Shown here piece by piece: positions 37,584 to 46,655 of a stretch of DNA of 64,000 nt. The stretch is taken from the IMG/VR virus record IMGVR_UViG_3300032038_000043, positions 1 through 64,000 of that record; one strand, 5' to 3'. Within the stretch, counting starts at the first letter, position 1; every line of letters begins with the position of its first letter. The translations under genes and the position numbers were made by a program. A model generated the notes under the pieces. That model made no database searches and had not been told where the DNA came from. It saw only the letters and a list, made by a program, of their open reading frames with translations. This DNA is from a virus (lineage: Duplodnaviria > Caudoviricetes).

Positions 37584-37942
37584 GCCTCCAAGAGCCCTAT
37601 GAGCCTGTCGCGTATGGCGATGGCCAGCTTCTCATGCGGCTCGTCTCCGGGGAGCTCGTTGTACAGCTTCATGTAGAGCATGTACAGGTGGTCCTCTGCC
37701 GACTCCCTGACAATCTCGTCGTCGTCCCAGTTCTTGAGAGCCCATGCTGCCCTGTGCCTGTCGTCGCCAGCCGCGTCGTACGTCGGAAGGTCGGGCGGGA
37801 GCGCGTCACGCGCCTCCCTCACCTCGGCGTCGTGGGCCTCCCTCAGCTTTATGAGCATGCCGTGCAGGGCGGACTTGCCCTCCGTGTCCCAAATCCTCCA
37901 TGCGTAGCCGTGCGCACGCTCATATGCCTCGTTAAAAGTCAT
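37580..37942 (-). CDS. hypothetical protein
   Basis: Coupled ORF with RBS. Confidence 0.7.
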   Translation of the reverse strand: MTFNEAYERAHGYAWRIWDTEGKSALHGMLIKLREAHDAEVREARDALPPDLPTYDAAGDDRHRAAWALKNWDDDEIVRESAEDHLYMLYMKLYNELPGDEPHEKLAIAIRDRLIGLLEA

Positions 37943-38208
37943 CTCTTCCTCCTATCCAGCCTGTTTATCACAAGGGCCTTCAGGAACCGCTCCCTGGACC
38001 CAGGGCCCATCCTCAGGTCAATCCACGGGCACTCCCTCACGCAGAGGGACCTGAGTTGCTGCGTCGACAGCGGCTCCAACCTCTCGTGCATCTCCTCCAT
38101 GGGTGACAGCTTGCGGGTCCTTTGCTTGCATGGCTTCCTCGTGTCGGGGACCATGTCCTCGACGAGCCTGTTGTAGAGCCTTACCGGCCTGTCTGTGTGG
38201 TGTGGCAT
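37939..38208 (-). CDS. hypothetical protein
   Basis: Coupled ORF. Confidence 0.55.
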   Translation of the reverse strand: MPHHTDRPVRLYNRLVEDMVPDTRKPCKQRTRKLSPMEEMHERLEPLSTQQLRSLCVRECPWIDLRMGPGSRERFLKALVINRLDRRKR

Positions 38209-38531
38209 TACTTGCCCCTTGAGTTCCAGACCTTGGCGGCTTTCTCCTCGCCCTCAATCGCCCCCACGTCCATGTGGCAGTGGTTGCACCTAATCGTGTA
38301 GTACCGCTTTCCGTCCCATATGCTGGTGAACACCTCGGGCTTGTTGTCGCACAGGGGGCAGCGCTTGAGCCTGAGCTTCCTTCCCTTGAACACGCGCTTG
38401 AGCTCCTTCTTCGAGGAGAAGTGCCCAGCGTCCATCGTGCAATGGGTGCAGTAGGCGCTCCAGCCACCGTCCTCGTGCTCCTTGCGTATCTCCAGCTTCC
38501 TCTTGCAGAATGGGCATCTCGGTCTTCCCAT
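38208..38531 (-). CDS. Lar-family-like double zinc-ribbon protein
   Basis: CPFC...CTHC and CPLC...CNHC...AAKVWN. Confidence 0.7.
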   Translation of the reverse strand: MGRPRCPFCKRKLEIRKEHEDGGWSAYCTHCTMDAGHFSSKKELKRVFKGRKLRLKRCPLCDNKPEVFTSIWDGKRYYTIRCNHCHMDVGAIEGEEKAAKVWNSRGK

Positions 38532-38672
38532 CCCTCTCCCTTCTCAAGTTGTCCCTGACGCAGAGCCTCGTGCGCAGTCTCCGCGTCAGTGATTGGCCAT
38601 GCGGGACCGCGTCGGCAAATGTGTCCCAACAACAGTGCCAGAACGCGTCCAGCAGCCTGTGCCTGGCCATCG

Positions 38673-38963
38673 CTAGTCCCCCAGAAGGTTGTACCTGACG
38701 CGGCCGGTCGGCACACGCGCGTACATGTCGTGACCGCCCACGTACCTCTCCTCGGTCATGACCACCCTGCGCAAGACGGTGACCTTCTTGAGGCACTCGT
38801 TGCAGAGGTCGACCTCGACCCTCTCGTACCTCGTGCGTTCCAAGTTGTGGTCCTCCGACGAGAGCGTCGGCAGCTCGTACCTGCAGTCGTCCTCGCAGCC
38901 ATGGCTCACCCTGAACTCGCGGCCACAGAGGTCGCACCGTATCAACACTTCCTCGAATCGCAT
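38673..38963 (-). CDS. hypothetical zinc-binding protein
   Basis: CDLCG...DLCNEC. Confidence 0.65.
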   Translation of the reverse strand: MRFEEVLIRCDLCGREFRVSHGCEDDCRYELPTLSSEDHNLERTRYERVEVDLCNECLKKVTVLRRVVMTEERYVGGHDMYARVPTGRVRYNLLGD

Positions 38964-39328
38964 TCGCTAGACCCCCAGCAAAGGATGGATTGGTCGTTCT
39001 CGCCAACCCACAATGGAATCCACCCGTCCATTTTAAGAGCCTTCTCGTACTTCGTCGGCTCGTCCGTCCGCAGGTACTCCCAACGCTCGCCAGTCCACCT
39101 TAGGTGCAGCATGTGGGCGTGAATCATGCCGTGGCAGTAGTACCTGCCGTTGGCGTCCCTCAAGTTGCTCCCAAAGCCGCAGCAGACGACCGTGGGCCCG
39201 TCTCCGCCACCAGCGGATTTGCGCACGATGTGATGGCGGTTCAAAGGTGACGGCCTGCCACAGAACGCGCAGCAGGCCGTCTCGATGCTCGGGCCCTCCA
39301 TGAGGGCTTCTTCAAGTAGGTTCATCAC
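38942..39328 (-). CDS. HNH-like nuclease
   Basis: CAFCGR...HHIV...CHGMIH. Confidence 0.7.
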   Translation of the reverse strand: MMNLLEEALMEGPSIETACCAFCGRPSPLNRHHIVRKSAGGGDGPTVVCCGFGSNLRDANGRYYCHGMIHAHMLHLRWTGERWEYLRTDEPTKYEKALKMDGWIPLWVGENDQSILCWGSSECDSRKC

Positions 39329-39672
39329 ATCGCCCCGTATCCCAAGTTCGGGTTCGACATCTCGATGTTCAGCTGGTTCTGCAGAACCTTGATGGCCAAC
39401 TTGCAGGCCTGAAGCGCCTCGAGGTTCGCCCGATAGACAGCCTCCGCGTAGTCACGGCGCTCCCTGAGCTCGGCAACCTCTTCGACCCCGTAGACCACCA
39501 GCTGAATCAACGTCACGGGCATGCCCTCACGCTTCAGTTGGAGGCATTCGGCGCGGAGCCGCACCTTGTAGTCATGCTCAGCCTTCGCGAACTCAGCACC
39601 AGAGACTCGCAGGAGCCTGACGCATTTGTCCATGTCATGCATCTTCTTGTTAATCTCCTGATACAGGTCCAT
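39325..39672 (-). CDS. hypothetical coiled-coil protein
   Basis: Helical ORF with RBS. Confidence 0.7.
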   Translation of the reverse strand: MDLYQEINKKMHDMDKCVRLLRVSGAEFAKAEHDYKVRLRAECLQLKREGMPVTLIQLVVYGVEEVAELRERRDYAEAVYRANLEALQACKLAIKVLQNQLNIEMSNPNLGYGAM

Positions 39673-39675
39673 GCG

Positions 39676-40026
39676 TCACCTGCCAATCTGTTCCGCATAC
39701 ATGACGGGTATCCCCAGCTCCTCGGCAATCGTCACGCAGCTTCGCGTGCCAGCCCCGCCCGGGAAGGCGATGAGCATGTCTATCCCAGAGGAGAGCATCT
39801 GCCTGTTCCGAATCGGGCCGGCTGCCCTGCCATACTTCTTCCAGTCGGCGGGGTGCGGCTCCGTCATGCCGATGTGCGACGCAACCTCCGCCGCCAGCGT
39901 GTCAGCGCCACGGCACGCGCCATGCACGAGGACGTCGCCTGCCGAGAAGCTGACGGCCCAAAGGGCCTTGCGCACCATCAAGACGTCATCGAAGTCGCGC
40001 CCGCCCGTCACGGCTATGCGTCTCAT
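39676..40026 (-). CDS. YspA/SLOG-family (DUF2493-like) protein
   Basis: VTGGRDF, VHGACRGAD, AAGPIRNRQM, AFPGGAGT. Confidence 0.88.
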   Translation of the reverse strand: MRRIAVTGGRDFDDVLMVRKALWAVSFSAGDVLVHGACRGADTLAAEVASHIGMTEPHPADWKKYGRAAGPIRNRQMLSSGIDMLIAFPGGAGTRSCVTIAEELGIPVMYAEQIGR

Positions 40027-40292
40027 ACCACCTCCAGCGGCTTGACATCGTCGCGGCTTTCTCCCGTGGGGGTGAGGTACGCGGTGCAGTCCATGCCCTC
40101 TGGGAACTTGACGAGCCTCTGCGTGGCGAACGCCTTGATTGCCGCGTCCACGCATTTGCGCATCTTCGTTATGGTCACGTCCGAGAACGAGTGCATACCA
40201 ACGCCATACTCGCCACATTGGTCACACCATGCCAAGGTCGAGTCCATGAACTCGGCCAGCTGGTCGAGCACGTCGTACGGGTCTAGGAGCAT
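40023..40292 (-). CDS. hypothetical protein
   Basis: GGAGG RBS. Confidence 0.65.
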   Translation of the reverse strand: MLLDPYDVLDQLAEFMDSTLAWCDQCGEYGVGMHSFSDVTITKMRKCVDAAIKAFATQRLVKFPEGMDCTAYLTPTGESRDDVKPLEVV

Positions 40293-40519
40293 GTCGCCTC
40301 CTTCCCGACCCAGCTCTTCCAAGCCTCGGGCCTAATCACCAGCAGGTTCTCCGGCCTGTTGAAGACCTTCCCGCGCAGCTTCTTGCCGACGCTGCCCTCA
40401 ACCTTGAACCAGACCTGGTTCGGGTAGACGTCGGTCACCGTCCCCGCGATGAGTCCGTCAGAGACCTTGCATCCGACGAAGATTGCCTCGCCCTTCATGT
40501 CCTTAGCTTCGCTGTCCAT
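40283..40519 (-). CDS. hypothetical SH3/KOW-like protein
   Basis: AGGAGG RBS; IFVGCKVS...GTVTDV. Confidence 0.6.
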   Translation of the reverse strand: MDSEAKDMKGEAIFVGCKVSDGLIAGTVTDVYPNQVWFKVEGSVGKKLRGKVFNRPENLLVIRPEAWKSWVGKEATCS

Positions 40520-40529
40520 GATTCCTCCT

Positions 40530-40561
40530 AACGAAAGGCGGGCACCCGAAGGTACCCGCCG
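40530..40561 (-). terminator. intrinsic terminator
   Basis: GGCGGGTACC-TTCG-GGTGCCCGCC-TTTCGTT on the minus strand. Confidence 0.7.
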
Positions 40562-40568
40562 TAAGTCG

Positions 40569-40853
40569 CTATTTGCTCCTTGCCCAGCCGTCGTCGTAGC
40601 TGTCCTTTCGGGCGAAGAAGCCGTCCCTGTTGACCTGCCACTTGCCGTTGACGACCAGGATGTACGAGCCGTCGAAGTAGTCGTGGAAGCGCTCGTGTGT
40701 GTCGGCGTCGACTATCCTTGTCGTGCCGTCCTTGTAGATGACCGTGAGCACTTCGTCTCCGCTGAGAACTGTAAGCTCCGCGAGCTCGATGCTTGGGTCA
40801 TCCAGGTCGATGTCGCACTCGCACTTCCCGTCCGTGAAGTCATACAGAATCAC
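40569..40853 (-). CDS. hypothetical protein, paralogue of 40863-41135
   Basis: MILYD...GDEVL...Y..G...SY.LV..GKW. Confidence 0.75.
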   Translation of the reverse strand: MILYDFTDGKCECDIDLDDPSIELAELTVLSGDEVLTVIYKDGTTRIVDADTHERFHDYFDGSYILVVNGKWQVNRDGFFARKDSYDDGWARSK

Positions 40854-40862
40854 TTGCTCCTC

Positions 40863-41135
40863 CTATTTACGTAAGGCATTTCGCCTTAGGAAGTCATCTC
40901 GGTCCAAATACCACTTGCCGTCAAGTATGACGAGGTAGGACTCGGAGATGTCGTTGCGAGGGTATCCGTTCACGTTGACGTCGTACGTCCTCGTTAGCCC
41001 CCCATGCTTGTAGCTGACCACGAGCATCTCGTCACCACAGACGCGGTTGAGTGTCGCCAGCTCGAGGCTTTCTGCCTCAGCCTCCAAGTCGAAGTCAAAC
41101 TCATGCTCTCCGCCATGGCTGTCATACAGAATCAT
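40863..41135 (-). CDS. hypothetical protein, paralogue of 40569-40853
   Basis: Shared motifs throughout. Confidence 0.75.
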   Translation of the reverse strand: MILYDSHGGEHEFDFDLEAEAESLELATLNRVCGDEMLVVSYKHGGLTRTYDVNVNGYPRNDISESYLVILDGKWYLDRDDFLRRNALRK

Positions 41136-41144
41136 TGGCTTCTC

Positions 41145-41435
41145 CTAACCATTGAAGAAGCTCAGGGTCCGGCACTTGTCCGCGTAGTCATCGCCAGCAT
41201 GCGCGAGCACTGTCATCATGTGCTGCTCGAACTGCGGCACATTCCAATTGAACACCCAGCAGAACATGACGCAGAAGTCTGCGTCTGGGGCGACCCACAC
41301 GTCCGTCGTGTGCGCCTCCGGGCACATCGCCTCGGCGAAGCAGTCGTCCGTGTCCAGATACGCGAACCGCCTGACGAACCACTTTGCCACCGGCGTCTCG
41401 CACTCGTATTCGACGTAGTTCCTAACTTCCATCAT
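41145..41435 (-). CDS. hypothetical protein
   Basis: Coupled ORF. Confidence 0.65.
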   Translation of the reverse strand: MMEVRNYVEYECETPVAKWFVRRFAYLDTDDCFAEAMCPEAHTTDVWVAPDADFCVMFCWVFNWNVPQFEQHMMTVLAHAGDDYADKCRTLSFFNG

Positions 41436-41751
41436 TCTCCCTACCGATGCCCAGAGCGCCGTGCTCGAGCATCTCCTCGGTCATGCCCCAGCTGTTGGGG
41501 CCCCTCTCGTATTCGGCGCAGGCCTTCTTCAGGGCGTGCTCGCAGAGCCTGTTGTACATCGCCCTGCAGTCGAGCCCCCAGTCGCCCATGCCTATGTAGC
41601 TCCTGCACGTGGCGCAGATGGCGTGCCTCGCGAGGTCAATCTTCGCGAGCGAGCACACCTCGGCGTCTGGGTTGACCACGTGGCGCGTTATCCTGCAGTA
41701 ATCGCCGCCCGACCACCCGCACTCACGACACAGTCTCATCGTCCACCCCAA
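41422..41751 (-). CDS. Cys-rich hypothetical protein
   Basis: CREC, CATC and further Cys residues. Confidence 0.6.
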   Translation of the reverse strand: MGWTMRLCRECGWSGGDYCRITRHVVNPDAEVCSLAKIDLARHAICATCRSYIGMGDWGLDCRAMYNRLCEHALKKACAEYERGPNSWGMTEEMLEHGALGIGRENDGS

Positions 41752-41938
41752 GCGCGTCCCTCAGCCCGTCAAGGTCACTCACCGAGACGAACCTGTGGTA
41801 GTCGGACAGCGACTGGCATATGCTCGCGACCCTCCTGAGACCCGACATGTTGCTCGGCCCGTCCGTGCACTCCACGACGACCTCGATGATGGCCCTCGTG
41901 CAGAGCAGCATGACGGAGGCGAGCTCCTCGTTAGTCAT
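41723..41938 (-). CDS. hypothetical protein
   Basis: Coupled to thyX. Confidence 0.55.
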   Translation of the reverse strand: MTNEELASVMLLCTRAIIEVVVECTDGPSNMSGLRRVASICQSLSDYHRFVSVSDLDGLRDALGVDDETVS

Positions 41939-42620
41939 CCGCGGCCTCGATGTCGTCGAAGACCACGGGCACCATCGCCTTGAGCTCTTCGAGCAGGGGC
42001 GTCATGAGTGCGCGAATCTCGGGATGCGCCGCCTTCGACGTCCTGAGCTGCAGGACGTGACGCCACTCGCGTAGGTTGCCGGCCGCGTTAATCGTCGTGG
42101 CGGTGCACAGAGGCAGAACTGCCCTTGCCTGCTCCGGCTTCGCGCCCGAGCCAAGGAGCGTCTCGTAGCAGCCTGCGGCGAAGTCACAAGCGTGCCTTAT
42201 GGCAGACTGCTCCGCGTCAGTCATGTCTGGTGGCATGACGAACTCGAAGCCCTTCTTGCCAAAGTTCACGTAGCGCGTGGACTGCTCGGCGAACGAGAGC
42301 AGCCTGTGCCTGATGAGCTCGCGGGAAATCCCGATTGACGTCTTGAAGCGGACGGCCATCCAGCCGAACTCGAGCATGGCGTGGTGGCCGTTGTCACGAA
42401 GCGACTTTACCAGCATGTCGTCCGCGTCGGTGCGTGCCTCAACCCTCGTGTCGGAGTATGGGCTGTCCCATCCAGGCAGCTTCCTCGGCTGCGACTTGTA
42501 GCACGTCCTCGCCACGTCGGCGATGAGTCCCGTCGGTCGGTCTTCGTAGTCAATCCACGTGTCGTCCCACGTCTGGGCGATAATCTCGTGCGATTGCTCG
42601 ACGAAGCTAATCTCTGCCAT
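41931..42620 (-). CDS. thyX: FAD-dependent thymidylate synthase
   Basis: ARTCY, GHHAMLE, RHR-x7-S (RHRLLSFAEQSTRY), NLREW, AHPEIR. Confidence 0.96.
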   Translation of the reverse strand: MAEISFVEQSHEIIAQTWDDTWIDYEDRPTGLIADVARTCYKSQPRKLPGWDSPYSDTRVEARTDADDMLVKSLRDNGHHAMLEFGWMAVRFKTSIGISRELIRHRLLSFAEQSTRYVNFGKKGFEFVMPPDMTDAEQSAIRHACDFAAGCYETLLGSGAKPEQARAVLPLCTATTINAAGNLREWRHVLQLRTSKAAHPEIRALMTPLLEELKAMVPVVFDDIEAADD

Positions 42621-42874
42621 TACACACCACTCCTCTTTATGAGCGCCCTCAAGCGCATCCTCGCACGCTCGCTGATTGCGTCGACGGCCAGCGCGGCCAT
42701 CTCCTCCTCGGTGAGCTCCTTCTTCCTGTCCGTCCAGTAGCTGTACACGTGTAGCCTCTTCAATTCCCCTCCGTTCTTCGCCGCGTTCGACAGCCAGCTC
42801 GACGACACGCCCAACGCCTCGCACATGTCGTCTGCGTGTCCCTCCGCGACGTATATCTTCCTAACCTCCCGCAT
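42620..42874 (-). CDS. hypothetical HTH-like protein
   Basis: MCEALGVSSSWL. Confidence 0.6.
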   Translation of the reverse strand: MREVRKIYVAEGHADDMCEALGVSSSWLSNAAKNGGELKRLHVYSYWTDRKKELTEEEMAALAVDAISERARMRLRALIKRSGV

Positions 42875-43205
42875 GGCTGTTCCTCATGGAGCGCCTGAGT
42901 GCCTTCATGTAGTTGCGGAACTTCTTGTCATCACCGTCAAGCGCACGCATGAACAGCCGATAGGGCCTCGTCGTCACGATTCGCTGCTGCACGACGAGCT
43001 TGTCGAAGTGAAGCTTTTCGCGGTCGCTGCCGACCAGCATGTCCACGACCTGCGGCCCGGCCTCGAAGCTGAACTCGTACGTCACGCCGTCGATGTCGAG
43101 AGGCAGGTTGTAGGGCAGCTCGTCGTCAAGCTCGCTCGGGACAATCGCGTCCTCGCCGACGTACCCAAGCGGCTCCCACCCATCGTCTGACATCACGTAC
43201 ATCAC
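42861..43205 (-). CDS. hypothetical protein
   Basis: GTGA-coupled ORF. Confidence 0.6.
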   Translation of the reverse strand: MMYVMSDDGWEPLGYVGEDAIVPSELDDELPYNLPLDIDGVTYEFSFEAGPQVVDMLVGSDREKLHFDKLVVQQRIVTTRPYRLFMRALDGDDKKFRNYMKALRRSMRNSHAGG

Positions 43206-43417
43206 CCCGCCCATCGCTCGCCACCACATGGCATCTTGTCGACCTTGAAGTCCCTCCTGACCCTCGCTGGCGGCAAGTCGTCTAAGCACACGCCGTACTC
43301 GCCCTCGTCGTCGATTCCCGTGTAGTCAGAGAGGTCGAATATCCACCCGCAGTTGCCGCACGTCGCCCAGCAGGGGAGCGTCGGCTCAGGCATCCCGTCC
43401 CTTTGCAATCCGTCCAT
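43202..43417 (-). CDS. small Cys-rich protein
   Basis: TCGNC...GVC...PC. Confidence 0.6.
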   Translation of the reverse strand: MDGLQRDGMPEPTLPCWATCGNCGWIFDLSDYTGIDDEGEYGVCLDDLPPARVRRDFKVDKMPCGGERWAG

Positions 43418-43726
43418 CTATTCCTCCGGCTTCTTCGTGAGGTGCCAGCCGCCGCACAACTCGCAGTGGTAGGCCCTGAGCGTCGGGGCACCGTTCAACT
43501 CGCGCATGGCGGCAGCCATGAGCGCCTTGTGCTTCGTCTCGTACCGATACTTCCTTCCGCATGACCAGTGGCCCCCCTCGCCGTACATGTTGGTCACGCG
43601 GGCGTCCCTCTCGTCGCGCTCGTCGTCGAGGGCGTGCCTGTCGATGCCCTTCTCGCGCAGCTTCTTTATGTGTCGCCGCCTCCAGTCCCTGAGCTGGCGT
43701 TGCGGCGTTCCCTTGTGTTTAGTCAT
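43418..43726 (-). CDS. zinc-finger protein
   Basis: CGRKYRY...RAYHCELCGGWHLT. Confidence 0.75.
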   Translation of the reverse strand: MTKHKGTPQRQLRDWRRRHIKKLREKGIDRHALDDERDERDARVTNMYGEGGHWSCGRKYRYETKHKALMAAAMRELNGAPTLRAYHCELCGGWHLTKKPEE

Positions 43727-43937
43727 CCAAGTAGCCGTACTCCTCCCTGACCTCGTCGAACGTTGTCGGTTGCCGCTCCCAGCCGTACTTGCCGATGTAG
43801 AGCGCGAGCGCAATCGCGCTTATGGCGAGGAGCGCCACCCCGCAAAGGATGACGCCCCTCGTGTTCTCGACCATGGTGAAGTACTCGGCCAGAAGCACGC
43901 ATGCCACTATGCATGCGAGCAAAGCGAGCCATTGCAC
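43719..43937 (-). CDS. small two-TM membrane protein
   Basis: Two hydrophobic segments. Confidence 0.65.
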   Translation of the reverse strand: MQWLALLACIVACVLLAEYFTMVENTRGVILCGVALLAISAIALALYIGKYGWERQPTTFDEVREEYGYLDD

Positions 43938-44176
43938 TAGATGCTCAACCTGCCCTTCAGCATCTGCGCCCGCAGCATCAGCTTCGTGCGCTCCCTCTTG
44001 TTCTCACCGCATGCCACCCAGAGCATGAACTCGTCCCAACACGCCTGGCTCTGGGCGGCTATCGCCTCGTAGAACTGGTGCATCTCGTCGACGCTGTACC
44101 TGTCGTAGTCGAGGCCCATCTCCACCATGAGGCGCGAGGCGGTGACGGAGAACAGCTCGTCAGCGTCAATCGTCAT
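43937..44176 (-). CDS. hypothetical protein
   Basis: Coupled ORF. Confidence 0.65.
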   Translation of the reverse strand: MTIDADELFSVTASRLMVEMGLDYDRYSVDEMHQFYEAIAAQSQACWDEFMLWVACGENKRERTKLMLRAQMLKGRLSI

Positions 44177-44465
44177 GCCTGAGCCCCAGCTCCTCCATCA
44201 CGCGCTCCTTGGCGCATCGGTTCGGCTCGCCCTCGTCATAGAGCGGACATGTCCTCGCGTCGGCATCGTCGGACGTGCATACGAACATGGCCGCGATGAA
44301 CCCGCGCAGCGCTTCGTTCTCCGCCTCTAGGTGCTTGATGCCGCCATATCCAAGCTCGGCGGCCTTCCGTCCGTCGCTGCGGCCAATCTCGTAGAAGAAC
44401 GCGCCCACGGCGGCGAGCACGAGCCCGACGAGGGCCAACAGCAACGGTGTAGCGAAGTCGAACAT
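44166..44465 (-). CDS. membrane protein of the ENxxLR...ELG paralogue family
   Basis: N-terminal TM, LEAENEALR, VMEELGL. Confidence 0.7.
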   Translation of the reverse strand: MFDFATPLLLALVGLVLAAVGAFFYEIGRSDGRKAAELGYGGIKHLEAENEALRGFIAAMFVCTSDDADARTCPLYDEGEPNRCAKERVMEELGLRHDD

Positions 44466-44473
44466 GCTTCCTC

Positions 44474-44899
44474 CTAAAGCTCGTACTTCTTGACGTACTC
44501 CCTGTCGACCTGCCACCCGAGCATGGTGGGGTCGCACTTGTTCCAGACCTTGCCGTCGAATGCCGACACCCACGCATGCGACATGCCGTCCATCGTGCCG
44601 ACGACCAGCTTCGCGGGTATGCCCAGCGAGCGGAGCATCGCGCACATCAGGCTCGCCTTGTCAAAGCAGATGCCCTTGCGCTCCGCGTACGTCGCCTCTG
44701 GGCTCGGGACGTACCCCCTCGTGCCGTTCAGTCGCTTGGCCTTCTCCGTGTCGTAGGCGAACCTCGTGGCCACGTACCGGTACACCTCGGTGATGGTGTC
44801 CCTCGTGCTCCTCCTCGCGAGCCTCTTCGCCTGCTTCACGAGCGCGGCCTTTGACGACCACCTGCAGTACTTGCCGGGGCTCAGGAACTCGTCACTCAT
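44474..44899 (-). CDS. transglutaminase-like cysteine protease domain protein
   Basis: GICFDKA...RSLGIPAKLVVG...HAWV...DPT (C-H-D triad). Confidence 0.9.
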   Translation of the reverse strand: MSDEFLSPGKYCRWSSKAALVKQAKRLARRSTRDTITEVYRYVATRFAYDTEKAKRLNGTRGYVPSPEATYAERKGICFDKASLMCAMLRSLGIPAKLVVGTMDGMSHAWVSAFDGKVWNKCDPTMLGWQVDREYVKKYEL

Positions 44900-45236
44900 C
44901 GGGTACCTCGACGCCCAGCTTCGCGCACCTCTCGTCGAACCCTATGTCGCAGAAACGTCCGTGGCTGCACGTCAGGCAATTGTGACGCCTGCAGAAGCGC
45001 AGGTCGGCACACAGCTTGCGCAGCTCGCCGTTTTCCTTTGCGAGGGCGCGGTACTTGTCTTCCCAGTCGACGTTCTCCTGCCGCAGGTACTCGATGACCT
45101 TCTCCTGCTCGGACGCCTCGCGGATTGCCAGCTCCTGACGAAGCCTGGCGTTCTCGGCCTCCAAGACCTCGCACGGAAGCTGCTTGCCATTCTTTCGGGC
45201 GGCGATGTCGCTGTCGAGGATTGCGCACCCAGTCAT
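44892..45236 (-). CDS. ENxxLR...LGVEV family protein
   Basis: ENARLR, ENGELRKLC, AKLGVEVPDE. Confidence 0.7.
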   Translation of the reverse strand: MTGCAILDSDIAARKNGKQLPCEVLEAENARLRQELAIREASEQEKVIEYLRQENVDWEDKYRALAKENGELRKLCADLRFCRRHNCLTCSHGRFCDIGFDERCAKLGVEVPDE

Positions 45237-45583
45237 CAGCCCACCAGCCCAAGCGCGTCTATGCGGTCGCGGAACCACTCGGCCATGTTGTCGAAGCCAG
45301 CGCCCCTGCTGTAGTCCAGCATGTCCTCGCACAGCGTCCGCAGCTCGGCATTCTCAGCCTTCAATTGCTTGGCCTCCTCAATCGCGTCCTCCATCAACGC
45401 GTACAGCGCGGACCTCGGCACGTTGAGCTTATGGACGTCATGCAGCTCCTTCGCATACTGGTACGCCTCGTTGTAGGTGCCGCACAGACGGTCGAGGCTC
45501 TGGTCGCCCGCGACGCGGAACCTCACGCCGCCTTCACATTGGTAGGCATATACGTCACATTCCGACCATCGGCAATAGCTCAT
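45236..45583 (-). CDS. ENxxLR family protein
   Basis: MSYCRWS..., ENAELRTLC, DRIDALGL. Confidence 0.7.
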   Translation of the reverse strand: MSYCRWSECDVYAYQCEGGVRFRVAGDQSLDRLCGTYNEAYQYAKELHDVHKLNVPRSALYALMEDAIEEAKQLKAENAELRTLCEDMLDYSRGAGFDNMAEWFRDRIDALGLVG

Positions 45584-45774
45584 GCGTCCTCCTCACCCAT
45601 CATCTCGTCCCACTCCGCGACGGCGTCTTGGGAATGGTAGTAGTACCACGTGCCCGGTTTCTTCTCGCAATCCCTGTTCCTGCACTCCACATGCCAACAT
45701 CCATAGAGAAATGGCAGCGGGCGGAACACCATCTCTGGCTCCTTGCCGCAATACTTACATGGCCTCAGCCTCAT
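45580..45774 (-). CDS. Lar-family-like zinc ribbon
   Basis: LRPCKYCG...VEC...C...AVAEW. Confidence 0.7.
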   Translation of the reverse strand: MRLRPCKYCGKEPEMVFRPLPFLYGCWHVECRNRDCEKKPGTWYYYHSQDAVAEWDEMMGEEDA

Positions 45775-45953
45775 GACGACACCTCGATTTCCCGCTCGCG
45801 CATGCGATGTGACTCTCGCGCTCTGATGACACGCCAATACGTGTCCTCATCCGTGCTGACCTCTTGCCCCATCACTTCCACGTGATAGTCCCCGTAATAG
45901 TCACATCTGACCCTGCCAATGACCTCAAGCGGGACGGACACCTCAACTAACAC
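45771..45953 (-). CDS. hypothetical protein, paralogue of 47933-48109
   Basis: MLVEVSVPL...TYWRVI, ending RMREREIEV. Confidence 0.7.
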   Translation of the reverse strand: MLVEVSVPLEVIGRVRCDYYGDYHVEVMGQEVSTDEDTYWRVIRARESHRMREREIEVSS

Positions 45954-46111
45954 TCGTCCACCTCGATTCCGAGCTCGCGCATGCGGTCGCGCTCGCGCTC
46001 GCTCGCCCCGTACAACGCCAGCGGGGTCATGTAGTCTACCTGCTCCCGCAGCTCCTTGTTCTCGCGCCGAAGCAGCAAGACCTCGGCCTTGAGGTCGGTC
46101 ACGTCGCTCAT
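45947..46111 (-). CDS. ENxxLR...RMRELGIEV family protein, 54 aa (not in ORF track)
   Basis: MSDVTDLKAEVLLLRRENKELRE...DRMRELGIEVDEC. Confidence 0.75.
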   Translation of the reverse strand: MSDVTDLKAEVLLLRRENKELREQVDYMTPLALYGASERERDRMRELGIEVDEC

Positions 46112-46398
46112 AGCTCCACCCCCAGCTCGCGCATGCGGTCGGAAACGACTTTCGCTTGGAATGGCTTACAACACTCTTCGCTCATGTCTCTACTCGTGCT
46201 TGCGCATGGGGACTCGCCGCCGTGAGTCTTTTCGCACAACTCGCATGGGCTGTACTTCTCGTAAGTATGGTCTGCGACTTCCCACTCGTAACTTTGCGGA
46301 TAGCAAAGAATGTGCAAGTCCTCACACAGCTCCCGCAGCTCCTTGTTCTCCTGCCGCAGCAGAAGCACCTCGACCTTGAGGTCAGTCACGTCACTCAT
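46108..46398 (-). CDS. ENxxLR...RMRELGVE family protein
   Basis: MSDVTDLKVEVLLLRQENKELRE...DRMRELGVEL. Confidence 0.75.
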   Translation of the reverse strand: MSDVTDLKVEVLLLRQENKELRELCEDLHILCYPQSYEWEVADHTYEKYSPCELCEKTHGGESPCASTSRDMSEECCKPFQAKVVSDRMRELGVEL

Positions 46399-46655
46399 GA
46401 CGGCACCTCGATTCCCAGCTCGCGCATACGCTCCCTGCATGACTCATGTACCGACCAATCATCGTCTAGCCACGTAACGGCGGGGTTGTTGCCATGCCGT
46501 TCGGTCACGTATGGGGTCGCATCCAAATCATTGATGAGTTGCCACATGTCCCGCACCAGCTCCCGCAGCTTAGCGTTCTCATCCTTGAGGTCGGTGGCAA
46601 TCTTGGCGAGCTGGTTGGCCGTTAGTCCGAGATACCTTGCGTTTACGTCGCTCAT
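46395..46655 (-). CDS. ENxxLR...RMRELGIEV family protein
   Basis: ENAKLRELV...RMRELGIEVPS. Confidence 0.75.
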   Translation of the reverse strand: MSDVNARYLGLTANQLAKIATDLKDENAKLRELVRDMWQLINDLDATPYVTERHGNNPAVTWLDDDWSVHESCRERMRELGIEVPS

